From the human T2T-CHM13v2.0 reference genome, Homo sapiens: 64,000 nt of DNA. Both the position numbers and the translations under genes were made by a program. The notes under the pieces are model-generated. The model had not been told where the DNA came from and did no database searches. It worked only from the letters and a program-made list of their open reading frames with translations. The stretch's first letter is position 1. The number at the start of each line of letters is the position of its first letter. Location: NCBI RefSeq assembly GCF_009914755.1, contig NC_060942.1; one strand, 5' to 3'. Below are positions 1 through 14,021 of this stretch, piece by piece.

Positions 1-249
1 TTGCACGGACAGGACTAGGCATAAGGTATTTGGGGAAACTGTCTCGCGAGAAGTGAGGGGCGGAGGCAGGTGTCCGGAGGCCTGCAGGTGCCACGGGGCT
101 GAGGCCGGCCTCCTGCGCGGAGTCCCTCCCTCTGACCTCCCCGGGGTGCGAGCCCCACCTGCAAGGCGGTGGAGAGACGTCTCCATCTAGTGGCCGCCTG
201 CTTCCATTACACTGGGAAGCAAGTTCCTGACCCTGAGGGTCCCGGGTTC

Positions 250-385
250 CTTTTGGTGATGAAAACCCTCCGGAACTGAATAGCGGTAATGGCTGCACAA
301 CCTTGTAAATATACTAAAAACCCCTGAATTGGGCATTTTAAAGGCATGAATTATATGGTACGAGTTATATCTCCATTTTTAAAAG
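250..385 (+). mobile_element. Old L1 (L1MB/MC) 3' end fragment
   Basis: GGTGATGAAAA...GGCTGCACAACCTTGTAAATATACTAAAAA...TTATATGGTA is a typical L1M 3' UTR. Confidence 0.65.
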
Positions 386-2643
386 AACTTTTGTGAAAGG
401 TTTCAATATATGAGCAGAAAAACCTTGTTCACGTCTTCTTATGGTGAAATGAAAGCATCTGAAGCACAGTGAGTGTGTCTTTTTTACTTTGTCCAGAAAC
501 ATGAAGTTTAAAACATCCAGGGACCACAAGTCTTCGAGATAGAAATGTTTCATTTGTGCTTTTCTGTAAGCCACAGCTATAGTTACTACTGAATACCATT
601 CTTCCAGGACCCTTTTATCTGATATTCTAATAAGTTGTTTCTTTTTAAAGGCACTTCTCCCTAAAAAGTGTTCTCAGGCTGCAATTACACGGATCTGAAG
701 TGTGCGGCATACGGCTTTGCTCTCACTCTGCAGTGGAGCTTGTGGGTGTGGTGAAATGATGATGTTTTATTCTAAGGGGAGGCCGAGAACCATCTGCTTC
801 TCGACGGAAACCATGTGTTATTACAAGACGCTACGTCAGGCGTTTTAACATGATACACTCCTTGCAATTATACTTACTAAACAGAACACCACTGCAGAAT
901 TTCCCTAATGTTCTCCTCACACACCAACTCAAGAATCTTCCCCTGCACCTCAAATGGTGCAATTATTTTGTAAAGGTCTTTGTCAGTGGATTCAAAATAA
1001 CCAGAAACAATAATGATTATTATTTAGAATTCCAGTGTAATTTTCCAGCTGAGATGCAGCCTCAGGTGTGGACAGAGTGGAAAATGAGGTGATTTGTGTC
1101 CAGCCCGTCTTCAGGGAGGGGAGACCCTGCTACTGGCTCCTCATTGCCCGGCAGGGAGTGTCCTCCCCCAAAAGATGCTGGAATGTGGCTCCACGGGAGC
1201 CATGAATCCGTGTGACCCTAGGCTCGTCACTGTCACAGTGCACATTTCATGGCCTCAAACGGGTCTTCCTTGTGTGTAAACTTCAGAGAGAAAGTGCCTT
1301 CATGGGGTGAACACAGAAGTGCCACCCCAGGAAGTCTCTGCTGCCCAGCAGCAGGAAGGGGGGTCGAGTCTGAGGCCCCAAGGAAGGAGGAACTGAGCTC
1401 TGCTGTAGGGAGCCCCGTCCAGGGATGAGCAAGGCGGGAGGGGAAGGCCGGGAAGCGGCCAGGGAACTCTCTGAAGGCCGCCTTCACTCTGGAGCCTGGC
1501 CGAGGCTCAGCTGGCTTGACCACGCTGCGATATGCATCTCCCTCCGCCCAGCCCTGATTCCTCTCCTTTCCTCACACAGCCGTTGACCCTAAACAGATCT
1601 CACCTGCAAAATCCAACTGCATGTCAGCCACAGTCTACAGTGCACAGTGGAGACCTCGAAGACAGGATTATTCAGCCCAAAATGTTACTAGCGCTGTGGT
1701 TGAGAGATCCGGAAACAGGCTGACCGCGAAGAGAGAGGAGGCACAGTTAGTAAGGCCGGTGATGAGAGGGAACATCACCACCTCGTGCTAAGGGAATGGT
1801 ATGAGCAAACATATGCCAATAAAGACGAAATGCAAAAATGCCTAGAAAGACACAAATGGCCAAAACTGACTTGAGAAGAAATGGAAAATCCTAATAGGCC
1901 TACGACAAGTAAAGACATTTAAAAATCTTCCCAAAAGAAAAGCCCTGTCCCCAATGGCTTCATTGGTCGACTTTATCAAATATTTAAAGAAGAAAATAAT
2001 ACCAATTCTACACAACTTTTTCAGGAAAACAAAGAGTAAGTAATACTCCCCAATTCATTCTATGAGGCCAGGATCACCCTGATACCAAAGCCAGATTAAG
2101 CATTACAAGAAAACTTCACACCAATATCTCCCACAAACATAGATACAAAAACCCCTAACAAAATATTAGCAGACCAAATGCAACCACATATAAAATGGAT
2201 TATAAACCAGGATCAATTAAAGTGTATCCCAGAAATCCAAGATTGGTTTAATATCTGCAAATCAGTTCATCAATAGATATGAAAAAATCATTAACAAAAT
2301 CCAATACCTTTCATGATAAAAACTCACAGCAAACAAGAAAGAAGGAACGTCCTACATCTTTTAATGGACATGCACAAAAAACCTACAGCTAACATCATGG
2401 TTAATCACGAAAGACTGAGGGCTTCCCTCCTAAGATGTTAAACAAGACAAAACTGTCTGTTCTCACATTGTGCTGGAGGAGAAAAATAAATGTTAGAATT
2501 CATTAGTTTATTCACTTCCATGTAATGTACCAAGTAGACCTCAGGTGACAACTGTGCCACAGAACAGCTGGGAGGTGCCAGAAGCTCTCCGGCTGTGCCA
2601 GAAGAAGAGAGTGTTTAAATGAAAGTTGGGCTTGAAAATGTGA

Positions 2644-2971
<328 letters not shown>

Positions 2972-3110
2972 TGTTTTCTTTTCTTAATGCCTGACTTGTA
3001 ACAATAATTTCTCACATTGTGCTGGAGGAGAAGTGGTGAGAACAGCCAGCCTTGTCTTGTTCAGCATCTTAGGAGGGAAGGCCTCAGTCTTTCATGATTA
3101 ACTCCTTTCC

Positions 3111-3385
3111 AAGGAAGGAAGGGAGGGAGGGAGGGAGGCAGGAAGGAAAGGGGGAGGGAGGAAGGAAGGGAGGGAGGGAGGGAGGCAGGAAGGAAGGAAA
3201 GAAGAAAGGGAGGGAGGGAGGGAGGGAGGGAGGGAGGTAGGAAAGGGGGGAGGGAGGAAGGAAGGGAGGGAGGGAGGGAGGTAGGAAAGGGGGGAGGGAG
3301 GGAGGAAAGGGGGGAGGGAGGGAGGGAGGAAAGGAGGGAGGGAGGAAGGGGAGGGGGGAGGGGAGGGGGAAGGGGAGGAGAGGGT
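3111..3385 (+). repeat. Polypurine (GGGA/GGAA)n tract
   Basis: About 275 bp of almost pure G/A. Confidence 0.95.
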
Positions 3386-4395
3386 TAAAACCATAAATAC
3401 TGAAAAGAAGAAATAAAACTGTCTATTGGAGATGACCTAATCATCTATGTAGAAACTCTTAAGAAATTTACAAAAAAGAGCCCTACTGAACTAATAAACA
3501 AGCTTATCAAGATTGTAAGATATAATATCATTACACAAAAATCAATTATATTTTATATAATATCAATAAACAACCTGAAAATTGAAAACAATTCCATTTA
3601 CAATAGCATCAAAAATAATAAAATAGTATTAAATATAACAAGACATGCAATATTCGTTCACTGAAAGCTACAAAACATCACTGAGTTTTCATCAGCAAAA
3701 ACCGCAAACATCGTAGAAGAGCAAAACCAATGGAGAGACATTTGTGCTCTTTGAAAGGTTCAATATTATTTACATATTGTCTCCACAAATTGCTGTGATT
3801 CAATGCAATCACTATCAATTTTTTTGTGGCAATTGCTTTTGTGGCAATTGACAAACTGAACTATTTATTTACATGGACCTGAAGAATCCAAAACAATTTT
3901 GAGAAAGAACAAAGTTGGAGAATGGATGCCACTGGATTTCAGACTTCCTATAAAGCTACAGGGATCAAGATCATCTGGTATCAGCATAAGGACAGACATA
4001 AAGATCAATGGAACAGAACTTGAAATTCCAGGATGCTCACGGTCTACAGTGTAAAATGCTGCACTTTAAGGCATCCCCTGAGAGCGATTTCTTTCTGTTA
4101 AGGACTCTCTCAAGTCCGGCCCACCCTCGGTTCTATCTTGTGCCGTCTGTCCATGGCTCCAATCCCTTCTCTGTTTTGAATCACATTAAGACAGTCATCT
4201 GGGGACCTGCTTCTTAGAAACTCTCTCCAGTGGCTGTAATGGAAACCTGGCAGTGATAAGAAAAGAAGCAAACTAGAAGGTAATTTGTACATAAATTGCA
4301 AGTGAAATTTATAGAGGAAGAATGTTTCCTCTAACACAACATTTTACGTTGTGTATTATGAAAATTTTCAAACATATGCGAAAGCACCAACAGTT

Positions 4396-5035
4396 CTCAG
4401 TCCCCCTGCACCCTCCAGCACCCTCGGTCCTCAGTCCTGCTGTCCTCCCCTCTCCAGCACCCTCGGTCCTCAGTCCCACTGCCCTCCCCCCTCTAGCACC
4501 CTGGGTCCTCAGTCCCGCTGCCCTCCCCTCTCCAGCACCCTCGGTCCTCAGTCCCACTGCCCTCCCCCCTCTAGCACCCTGGGTCCTCAGTCCCGCTGCC
4601 CTCCCCTCTCCAGCACCCTCGGTCCTCAGTCCCACTGCCCTCCCCCCTCTAGCACCCTCGGTCCTCAGTCCCACCGCCCCCTCCAGCACCCTCGGTCTTT
4701 TGTCCTGCCGCCCCCTCCAGCACACTCGGTCCTCAGTCCTGCTGTCCTCCCCTCCCCAGCACCCTCAGTCCTCAGTCCCGCTGTCCCCTCCAGCACCCTC
4801 AGTCATCAGTCCCACTGCCCCCTCCCTCAGTCCCGCCGCCCCCTCCAGCACCCTCAGTCCTCAGTCCCGCTGCCCCCTCCAGCACCCTCGGTCCTCAGTC
4901 CTGCTGTCCTCCCCTCTCCAGCACCCTCAGTCCTCCATCCCACCACCCCCTCCAGCACCCTCAGTCCTCAGTCCCACTGCCCCCTCCAGCACCCTCAGTC
5001 CTCAGTCCCACTGCCCCCTCCAGCACCCTCAGTGC
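4396..5035. repeat. C-rich minisatellite, ~39-bp unit degenerating to ~34 bp
   Basis: CCAGCACCCTCGGTCCTCAGTCCCACTGCCCTCCCCCCT repeated about 17 times. Confidence 0.95.
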
Positions 5036-7503
5036 AGCACCATCTAATCTCGGTCATACCCACTAGTCCCTAAACCAGGTTACTTTGAAATAAATCTCAG
5101 GTATCATACTATTTCATCTCCAAATATTTCAGCATATATCTCTAAATGATAAGAATCTTCTTTAAGTAATATTCAAATAAGTCATCAGTTTTATGTTTTG
5201 GAATTATTTTTAAATAAACAGAAGAAATCCTCCCTTAAGTTGCATGGACAACCCACATTCAGCACTAAGCCTAGAGGTCTCCTTTAAAAGGCATTTTAAG
5301 ACTCATCTGATGATTTAAAGTCAAATAAGTCCTATGCTTATTTTTCCAAAATATGTACTTTTTCCAGCTGCAAAGAATGCATTACAATACGCAATCGCAA
5401 ATGGCCTGCTGCTGTATGGCCAGAACAAATGTGTTAGGAAAATAAATGTTAGAATGCATTAGTTTTTTCACTTCCATGTAATGTACCGAGTAGACCTCAG
5501 GTGACAACTGTGCCACAGAAGAGTTGGGAGGTGCCAGAAGCTCTCTGGCTGCACCAGACAAAGGGAATTTTTAAATGAAAGTTGGGCTTAGAAACACGAA
5601 TCAGACTCACCCTAAAATATGTTTTCTTCTCTTAATGCCAGACTTCTCATAACAATTTCATAAATTAAACCTGAGCTGTATGGGAAGGCTCAAACAGCAA
5701 AACATTCAATGCCATCTCTCCCTGCTATAATTAAAAACACACCTGGTGAAAATTCTAAGACAAAACGGGATCCTTCTAACTCAGAGTCGCTAGAGTTACC
5801 ACCACAATCAAATGCACCCTAGAAGCTTCTGGCGGTGTGTGCGCGTGGGCTCAGGGCTCGTGACCCTCTGTTCCGGCCCACGCTTCTGACCGGTGATTAG
5901 AAAGCGGCACGTTCTATCCTCGGCCCTGTCAGCCCTGCAGGGCGCACCAGCTGCTCTCACGGGCCACAGAATCACAGATGCGGTCCTCACCTCTCGGGAG
6001 CGGCCTTCTCCTAGACAGCACACGAGCCATCTACGTTTTCCCGGTTGTCTTTTTCATTCCAAAGTCCACATGTGCGCTACCACCTCCTTTAAAACATAAA
6101 AACAGAAAAGCAAAACGACGAAAAAGGTAGCAGTTCCCTTTAGCCACAGTGCAGCGCATTTGTTTTCATTATTCCTCCGTTTTACTGAGAGTAATGTGCC
6201 ATCCAGACAAGCCCATGGGAGCGGTAAAAAGAGTCAGGGAATAGTCGATTGAGCTGGAACGGCCCCCATGCTCACGCACCTTATAGAGCAGATTCAACTG
6301 GCCTGTGTGTTAGGATGCACGGTGCAAACTGTTCTGACGGTAATCCATCATGGAATAGCATCTTCCATGCAGATGTACTTTTTGCTTATAGACACCTTGT
6401 CTTACGGAGCTCTCTCCCCACAATGACAAGATTCTGACAGTGGAGGCATCGCTTTCTCCGCGTCACATCAGCAGGGCCCCTCCACTCACGGGGACTTTCC
6501 ACATTTTGCTCTTTTTCTCTGCCTCATGTATCGAAATAAAAGCAACCGCAAGCACATGCCTCTTCTGGAATGCGTGCTCTGTCTCAAAACCCAGCCCAAA
6601 AGGAAGAAGAGGAGGAAGAGGAGGAGGAGGGGGAGGAAGAAACTGGTTTTCCCTGTTGGCCTATTTTATGCAGTTAAAAACACACCGAAGAAAAATCGGA
6701 GGGGATGTCTACTTATGGCAGTAAGGCAGGCCAGACACTTGGAAGGGTCCTCACCAACAAAACCATCCGATCCTGCCTGAGACTTGGTTTTCCTGCCAGT
6801 ATTGGGCTTGAATGAAATAAGGGACTTCTTCAAGGCTCCCTTCGTGACCTGAATTCAGAGGAGGGAAATCCCATAATGAAATGGAAAAGGTGAGGTTGCC
6901 CTGGGAGGACTTGCCACATCAGAGCCACCTAAAGGTTGTCTGGGCCAGGAGGTGAGCTGGGGCTCCAGGCCCAGCAGAGGAGGCAAATGTGCTCCCCACT
7001 GGGGTCCCCAGCTTGAGCCAGTAGTAAACACCACCGGGTTCTCACAGAGTGACATCAGGCAAACCTGAGCTCACGGCCAAAGAGCAGCAAACACACGCAG
7101 AGGAACGCGTCCGTGAGCAAAAGTCAGCACGCACGACCCAAACACAAAACAGACTCAGACCCGCAGAGGCACCAAAATTAGAGGTTAGAGCTGGAGAAAT
7201 TGTGCAGAATGCATAACAGAAAAACAGGGAGGCAAAAAATATTTGAAAGATTAAGAGGAAGAGATTATAGAATAAGGTCTAACGAATATCTATTCATAGT
7301 TCTAGGAAGTGAGACCAAAAAGGAAGAGGGAAAAATGATTAATTAAAGAGATGATGCTTGAAAACCTGCAAGAATTGATGAGAGTCGTGAATACACAATA
7401 AATTCCAAACAGAGTAAATAAAAAGAAATCCACCCATAGACACATGCAAGAAATCCACCCATAGACACTTCCATTGACATGCAAGAAAATGTCAGAACAC
7501 TGA

Positions 7504-7787
7504 GGCCAGGCACGGTGGCTCACGCCTGTACTCCCAGCATTTCGGGAGGCTAAGGCGGGTGGATCACCTGAGGTCAAGGGTTTGAGACCAGCCTGGCCAC
7601 CATGGTGAAACCTTGTCTGTGCTAAAAATACAAAAATTAGCTGGGCATGGTCGCGGGCACCTGTAATCCCAGCTACCTGGGAGGCTGAGGCAGGAGGCTA
7701 AGGTTGCAGTGAGCCAAGATCGCTCCATTGCACTCCAGTCTGGGCGACAAGAGCGAAAACTCCGTCTCAAAAAAGAAAAAAAAAAAA
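7504..7787 (+). mobile_element. AluS with a small right-arm deletion
   Basis: GGCCAGGCACGGTGGCTCACGCC through to a poly-A tail. Confidence 0.93.
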
Positions 7788-7846
7788 TTCAGGGCACCGA
7801 AGACAAACAGAAGACAGATCACCTATAAAGCCAACAATAAGACTAA

Positions 7847-8224
<378 letters not shown>

Positions 8225-8429
8225 TAAAAACAAATTGTCATTCTACTGCTGTCTACCCAAACCGTCTTTCCACAATGAGAGCAAATAAAACATTCTCAAA
8301 GAAACAGAAACTGAGAGTTAAACTCCAATAAAACTTTCCTAAAGGAGTTCTAAAGAATGTTCTCTAAGCAGGTGGAAACTAATCCCATAAGGGCATGATA
8401 GACTTATGCATAACATCGTGTGGTGTGTA

Positions 8430-8552
8430 GCATGTATTATGCAGCGTGTATTACGTAGCGTGTATTACGCAGCATTACGTAGCGTGTATTACGTAGCGTG
8501 TATTACACAGTGCGTATTACGCAGCGTGTATTACGCAGCGTGTATTACGTAT
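8430..8552. repeat. 14-bp tandem repeat (GCGTGTATTACGYA)n
   Basis: About 8-9 copies, CpG-rich, inside AT-rich L1. Confidence 0.9.
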
Positions 8553-11036
8553 AGATTACATATTCTATAACTATTTTAGATGTCTGTTAGATATGCATTG
8601 TTTTAGTAGAACCAGTTCCTTTACATTGAGATAGATCTTTTTCCTAATAAATTGTTACTTTAAAAAAGGAAGTTATAAAATATCAGATGAAATGACAAAC
8701 AAATAAATTGTTAAATATATGTTAAATCTAAACAAACACTGTCTATAAGATAATAACCACAATATCTAACTTAGGAGTTTTAAAAGTTATAGAGCTAAAA
8801 TATTGAACAATGTTAGTTTGAAAGTCTGGAGAAGAGTGTTCTAAGGTTTATGTTGTTGAGAAGGAAACTGAAGTATTAAACTTAAATTTATTATGTTAGA
8901 AATGCAAAGTAAAATTTCAATGGCAATCACCAAAAGAACAACAATGAAGTGAACACAAATTTTTAAAATAGACAAAAAAGCAGATCTCCATAGATTCCCA
9001 AAGGAAAAGTGTGTAACAGAGGAGAAAAAATACATACACACGCACATATATATATATATATAGAGAGAGAGACAGAGAGAGGGAGGGAAGACACACACAC
9101 ACAAGCAAAGTTGATAAAACCGCAGGCGAAATTGGCAAATGCACTTTTAAAGTGAGAGATTTTGACACATCTCTTTAGACTACTGCTTTTTCAATTAGAA
9201 AAAAAGTAAACATATAGTAAATTTGAATAACACATTCAACAAGCTTAATTTATTAGATAGACATAGAATGCTGAACCAAATCAGAAAATAATACACATTC
9301 CTTTGAAGCAAATATTAACCATATACTACTGGGCTTTATGCTAACTGCATTAAATTTCAGAATAATAGTATCATACATTTTATGTTATCTAACCATAGTG
9401 CAATTAATTTAGAAATCAACAATACAAAGATAAAGAAATTTCCTATACATTTGGAAATTTTAAGATGTACTTTGAACTAACTCCTTCATCAAAGAAAAAG
9501 ATTGCGATAGAAATAAAGCCATACTTGAATGATTGACTATTTTGAAACTTGTGAGAGGAAGCAAAAGTGAGATCTAGTAGGGCATTTATAGCTCTGAGAT
9601 TTGATTCAAATGAACACAGGCTTAAAATTAATGAGCTAAACATCCAATTTAAGATGATGAAAAAGAACAATAATGAATCCAAAGAAATTGGCAAATTCCT
9701 AGAAAATATAATTTCCAAAAGTGAAACATCTCATTTTGAGATGAGACAGGTCTAAACAGACATTTAACTATGAAAGAAATCTAATCAGTAAATTAAAATT
9801 TTCCCACAAAGAAATACCAAGACAAGAAAGGCTTAAAGTTATATCAAACATTTTAAAAAGGTCATCCCACACTTATAAAAATGCTTTCAAAAATGGAATT
9901 AGAGACAGAAAAGAGGAAAGCTTCCCAACTCATTCTATAAGCCCAATACACCTTTGATTTCCAATTCAGCAAGGATAACACAAGAGAGGAACACAGGCGT
10001 TTCTCACTTGTAAACATGGCCATAAAAAGATTAAGTCAAATATTAGCTAACTACAAATCTACTTATGGAATTGGGTTTATCCCAGAAATACATAACTGAA
10101 TCTGGTTTTAGAAACAGAATAATGTATACATTACACATATACAAATATATGTATTTCCCTGTCTTAACAAAATGAAAGAGAAAAACCATATGGTCATCTC
10201 AACAGAGGCAGACAACCATTTGATATTATTCTAAAACAGTCATAAAAATCTTTTAGAAGACTAGGGATGAACTGAAGTTTCTTTAACCTGAGAAAAGACA
10301 GGCCAGAAAAACCCTTAGCATAAATCTTTCCTGATGGAGAAATGTCGGAAACTTTCCCTTTACCATCTGGAATAAGACAAGGAGACCCACTATAACTGAT
10401 TCTGTTAATCACTGCACTATGGGGCTAAACTACCCACAGCAATGCAAGAAAAGAAAGAAAAGCTACAAAACTTGGAAGGGAAGCATAAAACAATCATCAT
10501 TCATAAATGATATGTGTTTTTACCACGGAAACTGCAAATAATCTACCGATATACTATTAGAAATAAAAGATCTTAGTAAGGTGAGTGCGTGGCGCCAGTT
10601 CATGAAAATCCACTGCAGTTCTGTAAGCCAGCAGCAATCAGCCGGAAAACGGCAGTTTTTAAAAAGCTATCGTGTGCAATAGCAACAGAAAATAAAGTAA
10701 CCAGGAATAAATACAAAACAAAAATGAGCAAGTGCTATATGGAGAAAATCATAAAACCTTATTGGAGGACTTTGAAATGGACCTAAGCAAGTGAAATGGT
10801 AGACCAAGTTGACAGATGGGAAAATTCAAATCACAAAACTGCCAGTTCTCCTCAGAGCGACTTAGATTCCACACAGCCCTGTTAAGGCCCTAACAGGTTT
10901 TATCAATAAACTTGACACATTAATTCTACAAGTTATGAAACAACAAATACCAAGAACAGCCACAAAACTTCTGAAGAAACTTCTAAAGAATCGTGGGGCC
11001 CTGGCCCTCCCAGATGTCATGACTTACGGAGCTCTA

Positions 11037-11465
<429 letters not shown>

Positions 11466-12459
11466 TTATTCATATGGAAAATGAATTGGATTCCTGCCTT
11501 ACATCATATATGAAACATCCATTTCTTATTAAGTAAATGGTTAGCTGTGAAGGGCAAATTTCATACATTTTAAAAGTATAAAAGGAAGATATCTTTAAAA
11601 TCCTCATGTTAGGGAAGGCATTCTTAAAATTAACAGCTTCTGTTCATCAAAGTGTCTCAGAAAGAAAATGAAAAAGACAAACACAAAATTGGTAGACAAC
11701 ATGAGTAACATATAAACAATAAAATACTTTCCTTCAGAAGCCACAGGGAACTACTACAAATCAGTAATAAAAAGACAAACACCCCAACAGAAAAATGAGC
11801 AACAAACATGAACAGGCATTTCACAGGAAAAAAAACTCAAATGGCAGATAAAAAATAGAAAAATAAGCTAAACCATATGGTCATTAGGAGACTGACAATC
11901 AGAACTACAAGTTTTCATTTTAACACAGGTTTTTACCTGGCATGGCAGAGACCAAGTTGGATAACATAGACTTGTTGAGGATGTGGATGGAAAGTAACTC
12001 CTTTGTTGCTGGTGGGATTATAAATTAAAACAACCATTTCAAAAAATTGGTTGTCACTTCATTCATCTGAACATTTGCACACTCTATGATTCTGCAGTCC
12101 CCTCCACACACACACCCTCCTCCACACGCACACCCTCCGGAGGCTTTAACTCAGGTGCACCAAGAATCATACAGAATGTTCGCTGCAGTACTTCCCATGA
12201 AAGCAACTAAATGTCCATGTATAAAGACTCAGGAACACATTCTGTTACACCAAATGTCCATGTATAAAGATGGCATGAACACGTTCTGTTACAGCCACGT
12301 AATAGGATATTATACAGCAATCCCAATCAACAAACCACAGCCAAACAAAATCATTTAGAGGAAGATGCAGATACACAATGATTAGTGCAACAACCATCAC
12401 TGAAGAATATATATGATGCTATTTTTATAAACCTCAGAAACAAGCCAAACTAAACAATA

Positions 12460-12527
12460 TCTTTGTATGTGTATATATATATATATATCTTTGTATATGT
12501 GTGTGTGTGTATATATATATCTTTGTA

Positions 12528-12561
<34 letters not shown>
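12460..12561. repeat. Compound (TA)n/(TG)n microsatellite; another lies at 9030-9102
   Basis: Direct inspection. Confidence 0.9.
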
Positions 12562-14021
12562 CTCATGCAATAAAACACCATAGAAAAGGAACATGATCAA
12601 CACCAGGTTGAGGCTGGTGGATCTGCTGGTGGGGAAGCAAAGGGCAGAGTGGGATGGGGAGCTCTCCAGCGGTTGTTGTGATGTTGGTGACACCCTGGAT
12701 TTCAGGTCAGCTGATGGGCTCATTGTAGGGTTAGGCTTCATAGCTCACCCAATATGTTACACACAGTCTGCTCTGTACTGTATGGGGAGCCTGGAAGCTG
12801 GAAACCCTGGAGAAAAGTGGCCACACTCAGCACCTGGCCAGGCCTGAGGACCCGGGGCTGTGAAAGAAGCTAGGCCAGGGAGGCTGTGAGGGATGGCAGG
12901 ATGGAGATGGCGGCCAAGGAAACAGAGGCGGGGGTCAGAGAACACGGGGGTTCCACACTCCTCCTTGAGAGGTCTGAGTCCAGGAGGGCTTTGTGATACT
13001 GAGAAAAAGGAGGCGAGGTAAATGACAATGGCAGTCCTCTGACTCCGGACCGCGTTGTTCAGTTGGCCTGATCCCAAGTGAAACAGCATTGCCGTCCACC
13101 GTGCCCTTGGTCCACAGAAGAGCGGCAGGTGTAGCTGCTCCGTGGGCCAGTGGGAGGGTGGGATGTCTGCGTGGGGATGACCAGACAGGGCCGCCCTGGT
13201 CTCAGCTGCAGAGCCTCCTGGCCCAGACCTCGCCCTGCACAGAGAAGGCCGGCAAGACTGCACTCCCTGCTGCTCTGTCCACAAAAGGTTGGCAGGGAAC
13301 TCCCGCTGAGACAGAAGAGACCTGCTTTTGTTTTGCCCCAGCCTGCAGTGGCTCCAAGTTATGCCAAAATGAAACCGTCAGTCACAGAGAGCCCACAGGT
13401 CGGCGCCAGCAGCTTCTTTCACTCGTGAAAGCAGCAAGGCCAGCAGAGGTGATACCCTGGGAGGATTGAGTCTTCCTTCCAGCAGGACACTTTAACGCCC
13501 TGGGCCTAATGCACCGATTCTTACCCGGTGCTTTTCACTGGCGTCCTTGCCATTTTCCCCCAGCAACGTGCATCCCAGCTGCATCTCAGGAGAGACGGAG
13601 GAAGGTCCGGGCTCACGCGCATCCCAGCTGCGGCCCAGGTGAGGTGGAGGAAGGCCCTGCTCATGTTGCCCTCACCACTACCTGCTGAGGGAGCGAGTTT
13701 CTGGGAGTGATATCTTGAGCCTCTTCCGCTTGATCTCCTGGGAGGGCTCATCCGTTCAGGTCCACAGGACATTTTAAAGAGCTCCCTGTGCGATCGTGAG
13801 GTATATTGAAGTTTAAGAACCACTACTTCAGGAGGTTTGTGCTATTATAAGGCCAATATTCTGCTCTATTTTATGTTCTATAAATGTGAATTTTATACTT
13901 TGGATTTTCTAAAAGAAGGACATGTGTTCTTATGTTGTTTATCAATATACTAAAAATATTAGAATAAAAACAACACGTGGAAATGGCTGCTTTAAATGTC
14001 TAAGATGCTCACCCCAACAAA

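Noticed and set aside
4309-5073. Pro/Ser-rich mucin-like ORFs of about 240 aa
   Set aside because: Derived from the 39-bp minisatellite, with no splice or promoter support.
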